Shown one piece after another: positions 1 through 33,131 of a DNA stretch of 64,000 nt (position 1 is the stretch's first letter; each line of letters opens with the position of its first letter). The notes under the pieces are model-generated. The model saw only the letters and a program-made list of their open reading frames with translations. It ran no database searches and was not told the origin of the DNA. The stretch is from Eledone cirrhosa (lineage: Eukaryota). The stretch lies in the NCBI GenBank assembly GCA_964016885.1, contig OZ024758.1, forward strand, positions 1,860,001-1,924,000, given 5' to 3'. The position numbers were made by a program, and so were the translations under genes.

Positions 1-240
1 CTTCTTCTTCTTCTTCTTCTTTGTGACAAGACTGGTCATTTGCACTATAGGTACAACTCATTTTTGCCAGCTGAGAGAAAGAAAGTGTCTTGCTCAATAT
101 ATGTATTTCAGTGATAACCATTATCCAACAGCTATGACCTCATCAGACAGCTTGAGCGAAAAAAAACAGAAAAAAGTAATGATGGAACAAAGTTTACCCA
201 GTCCCGAAGTATGGTGTTGTTTTCTCAAAGAACTGGTGGC

Positions 241-305
<65 letters not shown>

Positions 306-360
306 ATAATAATAAATGTGAAGACTAAAATCCAAAGAGGGCTCGATAAGGATAAAGTTA

Positions 361-419
<59 letters not shown>

Positions 420-559
420 GGAAGCAGAAAATTGTTTATTGTGATCCAGTTCGTGGTTAAGAAACCCAATTTCATGGACGGTTTCAACGTACCAATGAAA
501 CGGTCGTAAATACCTGGATAAAATCCTTCTCTGAATGCTTACTTGTGTTTTCTCTTTTA

Positions 560-623
<64 letters not shown>

Positions 624-667
624 GCCCGTGTGTCTTCAAAGGTCATTATTCTTTTTTTTCTTTTCAG

Positions 668-22682
<22,015 letters not shown>

Positions 22683-23230
22683 TATTTGAAATTTATAAAA
22701 TAAATATTTTCAATTAAACCTTCATTTTATTTTTATTTTTTTCTGAAAATGGTGGACAGTCTCAAATAATTCTGATATTACTGTAAAATACCATTTATGA
22801 CAAATAATTTCATATTTTAACACATATTATATATTTCTACATAAAATAGAATCATTATTGCCTTTCATCCTTACGGGGTCGATAAAATAAAGTACCAGTA
22901 ATGTACTGGATAATTGCTGGCCTTGTGCCTAAAGTAGAAACAATTATTAAATAGAGTCATGACTTCACGCATGAGATCATCTTAATGAAGGGTATGTAAT
23001 TATATCGATTAAATTTTAATACTTTATTTATCGATTTTGAAAAGGACAAAGACAAAGTTTTCTGTGTGTTGTTTTCAAACAAAACTAAGCTCTGTATCTT
23101 ATATATATAAGTATGTAATAAACAACATAAGACAATTATTCCATTTATCAAAGTTTATTACCTAATTAAATAGCTCTGTAGCATACACAGAGCACTGTCC
23201 TTTCCTTTACCCTACCTACGGAAATACTTC

Positions 23231-23284
<54 letters not shown>

Positions 23285-23363
23285 ATATACATATAAATGT
23301 GTGGCCGCCTTCTTGTCTCTGCCTTTTCAGCCCCATGGATTATATTCCTTTGTAAAATTTCGA

Positions 23364-23421
23364 ATACCTGATGATGTCACCGGATTCATACTGAACCCGG
23401 TCATTGAAATGTTCATAGTAT
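23364..23421 (+). ncRNA. Minimal type I hammerhead ribozyme
   Basis: ATAC-CTGATGA-T..ACCGGATTCA(TAC)TGAACCCGGT..-GAAA-TGTTCA-TA-GTAT followed by AATAAA. Confidence 0.65.
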
Positions 23422-23731
23422 AATAAACCTTTAAGGAATTACACCAGTCCAGCCTCCTGTTATTTTATAATATATATGAATATACATATACATATATATG
23501 TATACACAATGATATTAAATAAATGGAAACTATATTTATAAAACCATATTTATTCTATTATATATATTTCAAGGGTACCCTTGAAATATATATAGTAGAA
23601 TGAATATGGTTTTATAAATATAGTTTCCATTTATTTAATATCATTGAACTCCAGAAAACTTATCGAGTGCTCTGAATCAGTTATAAACATTTATATTTGT
23701 TGAATTACCAACAAATTGAATATCCCTTTTG

Positions 23732-23777
<46 letters not shown>

Positions 23778-24627
23778 CGGGAGAGATGATCCCTTAGCCT
23801 TTGTCAAGGCAAAATTCTAGGAGAATGAAAACTCTGATATAACACCTGCAACCCTGATGGTATCCAATGATGTTGACTTGTTCTTCTTTTTGGTAAATAT
23901 CATCTTGGTTAAGAGAGTGGACTGGCTTTGTGCAGTGCCTTTGCTCACTATAAAAGCTTCCCGGCACAGGCATTGCTTTGTATCTGGAGATCTCTCTGCA
24001 CTTGTCGTCACATGGTACCATGGGCCCAGCACTATGTGACAATAATTGTCACAAGTGTAGTGTTTGTACCAGAGTTTTCAAGTCGCTGGCTGGACTATAA
24101 AGTCACACTCGTTCAGCGCATCAGTAGGGGTTCTCCTACATGGATATAAAGTAGTGGACGTACTCGAAAACGAGTTGGCAGCCACCATATATATATATAT
24201 ATATGTGTGTGTATATATATATATATTTGTTTGTTTGCTGTTTATCTTTTGTATTATTGTGAAGAATTCAAACGGAAAAGGAAGGGAAAGGCAAGTGCTC
24301 TAGGGTCGCAAAAGAATGGAAGGGGGTGGAGGATGGTGATGGGTTCTCGGTCTAGGGCGTGGCAGTATTAGGGCTGCGCCCCGCAGACAAGACCGCAAAA
24401 GTATTTTTCTATTGTTTTCTGTGTTGTTTTCTTTGTTTCTTCAGAGGTTGAAGTTTTTGTAGTTTAACAACTGCACTGCCGTTATGAAAGCATGAAAGCA
24501 ACGATAACCAGATATATATCCCGCGAGTTAAAATCAACGCCGAATCTATCTATAAAGAATATCTGCAAGAACTCAGTTTAGACTCGTAGTTTAGTAACTG
24601 GATGCAAACTTCTTTAAATTTCCTTTT

Positions 24628-26261
24628 TTATTTTGTTAATAATGTTTTGGCTTTCAACTTGTCGTTATTAAGGTCTTCAGGACGGGCAAGGATTTGTTTA
24701 TGGTTTGTGTCCTTTTCGTTGTTTAAGCCAATAGTTTTGTGGGGACCATAACGTTGGTTGTTAGCAGGGTGGGGATGAGACCCAAGGGGGGGTTTGGTTG
24801 GTTTTTCATTTACAGTCAATAATCCCGGCGATTTTGCCTTTCGTTTTCTGTATTTTGGTGACTCATCTGTCGCTCCCCCGGATACTGCTGTGTCGCCATA
24901 AGCTGGTGTGTCACCATAAGCTGGTGTGCCGCCATAAGCTGGTGTGCCGCCATAAGCCGGTGTGCCGCCATAAGCCGGTGTGCCGCCATAAGCCGGTTTA
25001 TCATACGCTGGAGTGCCATAGACTGGTGTGCCATACTCTGGAGTGTTATATAGAGGTGTGCCGTACCCTGGAGTTCCATAGACTGGTGTGCCATACTCTG
25101 GAGTGCTATATAGAGGTGTGCCGTACCCTGGAGTTCCATAGACTGGTGTGCCATGCCCTGGAGTGCTATATAGTGGTGTACCGTACCCTGGAGTGCTATA
25201 TAGAGGTGTGCCATACCCTGGAGTGCTATATAGTGGTGTACCGTACCATGGAGTGCTATATAATGGTTTGCCATATTCTGGAGCGCCGCCATATATTGGT
25301 GAGTGATATATAGGTTTACCATATTCTGTGTTATTGTATGTTGACGATGTATTGTATGAGGTTGAGTTGTAAGATGTGTAATACCCTGGTCTGTGATAAG
25401 ATGGTCTGTCATAAGATGGTCCGTCATAAGATGGTTTGTCATAAGATGGTCCGTCATAAGATGGTCTGTCATAAGATGGTCCGTCATAAGATGGTTTGTC
25501 ATAAGATGGTCTGTCATAAGATGGTCCGTCATAAACTGATGAGTCATATATTGACGTATCGTAATATGGAGTGCCGTATGTTGATATGCCGTATGATGGA
25601 GTGTCATATACTGGAGCGCCGTATAATGGTGTGCCGAATACTGCTGGGTCGTATGTTGATATACCGTAGGCTGGAGTAACGAGTCTTAATGCTGCGTATG
25701 ATGCTGGGCCGTAAGTTGGAGTACCATATACTGGAGTATCATATACTGGTTGGTCGTATATTGGTGGGGGGTATATTGGTGGGGGGTATATCAGATATGA
25801 GTTATGTGTTGTGTTATATGAAGAAGTGTTATATACTGATGAGTCATATGTTATGTCATCTGGTGAGTTTGTAGAAATTATTGAGTCATATGTTATGTCA
25901 TCTGGTGGGTTTGTAGAAATTATTATGTCATATGTTATGTCATCTGGTGGGTTTGTAGAAATTATTGAGTCGTGTGTTGTGACCTCTGGCGAGTTTGTAG
26001 AAATTATTGAGTCGTATGTTGTGACCTCTGGCGAGTTTGTAGAAATTATTGAGTCGTGTGTTGTGACCTCTGGCGAGTTTGTAGAAATTATTGAGTCGTG
26101 TGTTGTGACCTCTGGCGAGTTTGTAGAAATTATTGAGTCGTGTGTTATATCATCTTGTAGGTTTGTCTGTGTTATTGAGTCGTATTTTGTGACATCTGGT
26201 GGGTTTGTAGAAACTATTGATCTGTCATTGATAATGTTGTCGTATCTTTTATTAACTGGAG
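24628..26261 (-). CDS. Secreted Tyr/Pro/Thr-rich tandem-repeat protein, exon 2
   Basis: Acceptor ...ttattcctag| then an open frame with no stop for 543 codons (hand-translated). Order: APVNKR; 9x 14-aa (H/Y)DSIISTN(S/P)P(E/D)(V/D)(T/I)T; YPPPI x2; mixed YxTPx units; 9x YD(G/R/K)PS; about 18x Y(G/S)TP(L/G/V/E); 5-6x YG(G/D)TPA; YRKRK; basic C-terminus ending ...KTLLTK-TAA. Confidence 0.9.
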
Positions 26262-26348
26262 CTAGGAATAATTGAAAAATGTTAAATGTTATTTGATATA
26301 TAAAAATATAATTGATACATTATAAAATAAAACCACTATTTTTTCTAC

Positions 26349-26403
<55 letters not shown>

Positions 26404-26548
26404 CATGAAATAGAAAAATAGAGAGTGAGAAGGGGAAAGAAAGTTTTTGAGAAAAAAGCACGTTTGTATTGAGTAAGGCACACAGACACAGACACACACA
26501 TACATACATACACATTCACACACACATTCACACACACACACAAACATA

Positions 26549-26606
<58 letters not shown>

Positions 26607-26639
26607 AAGGATGTCATGGCTGGGCACAACGGGTTAACA

Positions 26640-27535
26640 AGGGTTAACAAGGGAGGGGTTCAGGCCTAGAAGGCGTAAGGAGTAGAAACTAGAAGAGGGG
26701 GACAGATGTTACCGGTTAGATATAGTTGGGGTTTTCTAAAACAAAGTTCCGTGGCTCTCTTACTGCAGATATTAATAGGGAATAGAAACTCTACTATTCT
26801 GACTACACAAGTGGGAATGGAGATACCCCCCTCCCCCCGCCCCACGCCCCCGAGGGAAGATTTGCTTCTTGAAGCTTAGGTTGAAAGATAGGTCTAAGTG
26901 GGTGGTGCAAGTTTATGCACTCCCCACCAAGAGTCCGAATACAGATCCTTCCTTGATGAAGTCCTTACATCGTTAGTTGTAGTTAAGACAGAGTCATATA
27001 TCCTGATGGGAGACTTCAATTCACATGTTAGCACTGACTACCTGGAAAGGAGCAATTGAAAGGAACGGCGATCCCGATCTAAATACGAATAAAATCTAAT
27101 CTAATCTGGCCGAGTTTACACTCACAAATAAGAAGAACCAGGGCCGCCCCTAGGAGCATTGGATTTGGTGTACTTCATATTTGTTTCGGTTGCTGAATAC
27201 AATCAGGGGTCACTGCTTCTCCTGAAGGTCAATAGTTCTCTTCTAACTCGACCTGGAGCGCCTTTCCATTGTCAATTTGCATTGATCATCTACAAAGCCA
27301 CATCGTTCTCAGAACCACTACACCAGTCTTTCGATACGAAACTATTGCCACCCATTGATTTGGTTGGATTTTTTTTTAATAGAAATACTAATAGAGAGGT
27401 CTTATTAGACCCCTGTTCCAGAAATTGCCTCTCTATTATGAGCACTTTCTTTCAGCACAAAGTAAACCATAAATATACATGGTATAAGGGGGATCAGGGA
27501 CAGAGATCAACAATTGATTTTGTTATCTTGGCTGT
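26640..27535 (+). mobile_element. LINE AP-endonuclease fragment in the intron of the Tyr-rich gene, split by an insertion
   Basis: VVQVYA.P, ILMGDFNSHV, and LSIMSTFFQHKVNHKYTWY....QRSTIDFVI. Confidence 0.75.
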
Positions 27536-27862
27536 AAAAGATATGAAAATAAATGTCATGTATTCTTTTTCTGTGTTTTCTCTAACATAAAGGGTGAAGA
27601 TTTAATATGAGAATACCTTGGAATATTTATTCTCGAGTTTTACAGCCGCTATTTGTTATATTCACCATTTAGAATACAATGAACCAGTGATTCAGTCTCT
27701 GTAAATCTATAACCACTGAAGCTATTATTAACAAAAATATAATTTTAAAAAATTGTACCAGAATTTATCAAATTGTTCAGGCAATAAATTTGTATTAAGT
27801 CTCCTCCGCAAAAAAAAAAAAAAAAAAAACGAAAAAAAAACAAAGATACTTTGAAGACTTAC

Positions 27863-27920
27863 CTGCAATAGCAGAATTATAAATTATTATAAAACAAACA
27901 ACAAAATCCTGGCCGTTCAT
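27863..27920 (-). CDS. Secreted Tyr-rich repeat protein, exon 1 (signal peptide)
   Basis: ATG...MNGQDFVVCFIIIYNSAIA-G|GTAAGT; phase 1 joins exon 2 as A-PVNKR; hydrophobic core with an A-x-A cleavage motif. Confidence 0.82.
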
Positions 27921-27966
27921 ACTTCAGAGTCTAAAGCGAAAGCTTAGTTAGGGTCAGGCGTTTCGC

Positions 27967-27974
27967 TTTATATA
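27967..27974 (-). promoter_or_regulatory. TATA box of the Tyr-rich protein gene
   Basis: TATATAAA on the minus strand about 47 nt upstream of the ATG, in non-microsatellite context. Confidence 0.55.
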
Positions 27975-30900
27975 AGGTGATGTCAAAGGCAAACACACAA
28001 TTCTCACACATACAGTACATATATATAGTAGCATATATATATCTATAGGATAGTAGATTTGATGGGTATGTAGGAGTAAATTTTAGGTAGATAAGTGGGT
28101 GGGTTTAAGGGGGGGGGGGGTAGAAGGATATTATATAAACTTTTATTATTGTATATTTTAATGAACCTTAACAGATAAACCTCCAAATAATTGAAATATT
28201 TTGCAACAGATTCTGCCACCTGCTTTCTAGATAATCAGATATCGTGATTCTCTGGTAATTTTAACCAATAAAAACTTAATATATCTTATTTAGATGTCAC
28301 ATGCATTCGCAGTTTATAATTTATATTCAAGACCATTTCAACTGGGGATTGTTACATATATCGAAATATTCGATTTTATTCAAATAAAAGGTCAACACGA
28401 AGAAGAAAAGCTGCACAGTGCCCTTTGATTATATAATATTTATATAATTATATAACATTTAATTATATACTATTTAATTATATACTATTTAATTATATAA
28501 TATTTTGTTATAACAGTAAAGTAAGTACTCACATTTGGTTTATATAGAACTTTATGCTTTTAGTAAACGCAAACATAGCCGGATGTATATTCAGCTGCCG
28601 GGTATATCGTATTCAATAGCCGGGTATATATATCGTATTCAACTGTAATCTCATAGGGACTGAGCTCGAGTATTCTGTAGGCATTTGATTGTGTATTTGA
28701 GACTTAATTCTATGTATCCCATGGTAGGGGCATCTCTGTGTTTAAGAATCACTCTTCACAATTACATGGGTTGATGTTTCACCCTACTGTGCGGCCCTTT
28801 CATGAAATTTGGTTGGCAATAGTTGCGTTGGAACTCATCCGAGAGACCGTTGCAGCTGACTTTCTCTGCTTGGAGAAAGAGTAGTCCCTAGATTGACCTC
28901 TTCCCGGGAGTACAGAACCCCGGAGCACCTCCTCAGCAGCTGTCTAGATCCCGGGTCGGGCGGAACTATCACTTGCACCATGACCACGTATTGAAGACCA
29001 TAGTGGACACCATATACAGATATATTAGCCACTGCAAGTGCTTCTATCCAAAGAAGACCGGGTAGATGCTATGATCAGTTGCCATGGCTAGTTTCCTCTG
29101 GTCTGATAGCAACACTATGAGGCTGGTAGCTGAAGGTTAATCTGAGGAAGTAGCTGAAGGTCTTGGTAACTGCTGCTACAGCTGAGGCTAGACATAGTGC
29201 TGGTCTCAGAAGCTTTATAGTAAGTAGTGTTGCTAAAACTCACCGTTCCCTGGGAGTACCACTTAAAGGAGGCTAACGAGAGAAAATCTATGACGAGTGA
29301 AAAAATGTTGGCTAGCGAGCTGTGAGCTCATTCATATGAAATGCAGAGAGTTTGTAGGGCAATCTGAATTGTTAAGGTAGCACATAAGTCAATAGGAAAA
29401 AGCCCATCAAGGTAGCTATTGACATAAGTTTTTTCAGGTTGAGTGTGTCCCAGAAGAAGTGCGGGATGGAAGAGACAGTATTACATTCACACAAACCAGA
29501 TGCACTCCGGTTTGGTCAACAGACTATAAGCTAGAGGTGTACACCTAGTTATGTTCGAAATACTCACCCGAAACCCGAAACCCGAAACCCGAAACCATGA
29601 AATTACGAAGAGAACTTCCTGACCAAACAGCTACCTTCGACGTCATTTTGTAAAGAATAATTAATTGTCCGTCTTCTTTGCAGAAATCTGGTATATTTGT
29701 TGCAACCTGTTGGAATTTATCTAATGTCATTGACCAGTTCGGATATTTACAACAGTATATTTGGACACATTAGTGTAAATAATATCAAAAAATGAAACAA
29801 AATATTCTTAGCATTGTCTAATATGTTCCACGTTGACCTTTGAACGATGTCTGACCAGAATTATATTCTTTAGTTTTATACAACTTGATTCCCAGTTCAA
29901 ATCCTGTGGATTTCAAACTTTCCTATTAACAACTTTTACAAAACAAAATTAATATTGCTGAGTTAAATGCATTTTACAGAATAGATGCCTTCTTCGTGTG
30001 TTATTGTTCAGTTACACACACACACACACACACACACACACGTATATATCACATATATATATACATATAAATGTAAAAGGTAAACAGAAATAACAACACA
30101 ATCGGTACAGTATATGGAAGGAATATATTAGGTTAACGCTTGAAATAGCAGGAAGAGGGTCTTAACGTTTCGGATGCTAGTCCTTCATTTTAATTTTAAT
30201 AGTTTAGGTTGGGCCCACAAGGAAACTACGAGGCCTAACATTATGTAGTTTCTTCTTTCAGCTCGATAAATTAGACTGATAGTCTTTGAGATATTGGGAT
30301 GAAAATAAGCGGTCTTTCGACACCACCTTGAATCTAAAAATAGCTGTTTTCTACCCTCACCTGAACGTAGTACAGTTGGTGGAAACGCTGGGTCATCCTC
30401 CTAGTAGGCCAGCGAGGGCTCTAGTGAAGATGGTAGGGCTAATCACCCATCATTAGATTTCTACTGATTACGGAAAACAAGAAATAAAATCACCACCACT
30501 ACCAAACCTAACTGGTGGTCCAAGCCAAATAGACGGTTCTACGTATGATGTGTTCATATGAAAGCTAAATGTGAACACTGATAGATCTCGCCAAAAACTA
30601 CCAAAGATTTTATCAACCCTGTATATATCACCACAGAAGTCTTCTAAAGTAACTGTTTAGCAATTAACTGCTTAACAATTGACTACCGAAAGATTATCTT
30701 ATACCACATACGGAAAATGAGATAAATGAGATATAGTGGGTAGTACAAAGGCAGAGAAGAATTGATTTCAAACAAGGGAATGTCAGTTTAAAGTAATGAA
30801 CTACGTTTCCAAACAGTAATTCTGAAATAATTACCGGTTGATGCATTTAAAAATTGGATTTGATTGCTTTTAAATTAGCTCTTCTAATAAGTAGTAGTAA

Positions 30901-31559
30901 CTAGGTCTTGGTATCTGCTGACAAAATAGTTAACCTTATCTCAATAGCTAACGTGATTTGATTAATGAAAGTCATCCAAATTCTTAATTTAAACTTAAGC
31001 AGGAATCTGAGGAGAGAATTGCCTGACAGTTACACAAACTCACAGACACATACAGATACATACAGACACATACTTACACATACACATAAATACACATACA
31101 TACAGATACTTACACATACAGACACATACATACACATACAGACACATACAGACACATACAGACACATACATACAGATACACATACAGACATACATACATA
31201 CACATACATACACATACAGACATATACAGACACATACTTACAGACACATACATACACATACATATAGACACATACATATAGACATATACAGATACATACA
31301 CATATCAAGCAATTTTATGCGAAGATGTATAGTTAAAACACGTAAACATGTGTGAATGCAGGTGCCTTCTTCTTCTTCTTCTTCACCACAGATGTTATCC
31401 AACCACCTTTCATTGGATCTACACTTGGGTCTCTTGCCGGTTGGTTTTACCCATTAAATTTGTCACATTCCTCGATCACAGTGGGTTCCATTGTGTTTGG
31501 GAGAACCCTGTTGATGCGGACACGGCAAGAGGTTACCCACAAAAGGAACGCCGGCCAAA

Positions 31560-31930
31560 CGCTGGCCTGTTACTATCCAAAGTCTTCAAACCTGACGTTG
31601 CATATCTCCTCAGCTGCCGCTCGGATACAATTGTCGAGGCCAGCGAGGAGGAGAGGTGCGTGGCTGTAGCAAGGAGCGCCACAAAGAATATAGAGGAGCT
31701 TCGGCATGCTGAAGCAGTTCCTCAACAGGAAGAGGGCTGGGTGAGAATCAATCATGCCCCGTCTACTCGTGAGGATATTTGAGTTGCTGGAGCCTGGGCC
31801 TGATGGTGGAGCGGATGGCCGGCGGGAGTTTCAGTGACCCCGAAAGAGGATGAGGACATCCTCTTTCGGGGTCACTTGCACCTAGCGGAGAATGGATCGC
31901 ACGTCCGAGATGGAGACTGCAAAACTCTCT
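31560..31930 (-). mobile_element. CRE-clade retrotransposon RT C-terminal fragment
   Basis: IDSHPALFLLRNCFSMPKLLYIL...LDNCIRAAAEEICN.....**QAS. Confidence 0.65.
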
Positions 31931-32502
31931 ACATCATAGCTTTCAAACAAATACATGTTGTTGTTGTTGTTGTTGCTGCTGTTAGTGGTGGTGGTGGTGG
32001 TGGTGGTCAGCCTGATCGAGCAAGTGTATCATCTATGTAACTTGATGTATGCTGGATTACTCTTACTAATGTGTGATATCTATCTTTAAGATGGCAGCGT
32101 CTGATTTGAGAGAAGGAGATTGGCTGCTCTTTCTAGCAGCTCGAACACCAGAGTTGAAGCTAGCCCGCTGTGAAAGCTTGCTTTGCTAATTCAAATACAC
32201 ATTGTCTACCAACATCCTAAACAGACGGTAGTCCGTTTAGTAATATTGTTGTGGTCGTGTTTTCGTTGGCAATACATAAATTGATTTTAAAATGATTTCA
32301 AGGGAGATAACTTATTCATAAAGTATTTTTTGCAGTTATTTCCCTTAAAAGTTACTTCTTCACTTATTATTGTACATGGAAATAATTAAAAGATTTATAA
32401 GAACTGAAAAAAAAAGAAGCGGAAAAAAAACCTTGTAAATATATATATATACATGTTCCACTAGAATGATTGGCCGAACTGAAAGGACCTATATGTACAT
32501 AC

Positions 32503-32537
<35 letters not shown>

Positions 32538-32776
32538 CTACTTGAATGACCCGGCGTTGCCCAGATTACTGCTGTTCTTATTCAGATTAGTAAACAATAA
32601 ACATGAAAATATATATTTTTCCTCATAATTATTTCAAAATATCTGTATTTTATTTTTAAAATATCAAAATTGTACTAATAGAATTTAGAAATGAAAATCT
32701 GTCCATCTTGAAGTACCTCAGGGTAAACAATATTCATTGTGGGATTTTTTGTTGGTGTCCAAATCAATAAAAAAGC

Positions 32777-32849
<73 letters not shown>

Positions 32850-33081
32850 TGTCGTCGTCGCCATCGTCGTGTTATAAAATGTTCCTTTTCTTATAGTTGA
32901 CAATAATAGAATATTTTAGTTAAAATGTTATATCGTTTTAATCCAAATGAAAATAAAAATTACATGTTAATCCCGAGGTCTAATGCTGTTACCTCATACA
33001 ATTTGATTTGATTTGGTCGAGCCGTTTTAGAAGGCATAAGGAAAAGACACACACAGAAACAAATAATTTTATATATATAGA
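32538..33081 (-). mobile_element. Non-autonomous Helitron-like element
   Basis: Minus strand begins TCTATATATA and ends with GC-rich GGGCAACGCCGGGTCA followed by GTAG; internal microsatellite; A/T insertion site. Confidence 0.6.
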
Positions 33082-33100
33082 TTCACACACACGCACACAT

Positions 33101-33131
<31 letters not shown>

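Noticed and set aside
23-244. 73-aa ORF as a possible first integrin exon
   Set aside because: No signal peptide or PSI CxxC...CxWC pattern and no suitable donor; upstream exons presumably lie outside the window.
23777-24190. Overlapping short ORFs between the two genes
   Set aside because: Sequence recurs inverted at ~51070-51270, so it is an unclassified interspersed repeat with no recognisable protein motif.
25849-26226. 42-bp repeats as a possible CRISPR array
   Set aside because: Head-to-tail coding repeats without unique spacers, in eukaryotic DNA.
24798-26275. ORF-track proteins 24798-25313(+), 24816-25607(-), 25338-25679(+) and 25811-26275(+), including Cys/His-rich CRHKLV repeats
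   Set aside because: Shadow frames of the tandem repeats. Only one minus frame is open throughout and links to a splice acceptor and signal-peptide exon.
29566-29597. (GAAACCC)n telomere-like repeat
   Set aside because: Only about four units and not TTAGGG; likely a transposon-internal simple repeat.
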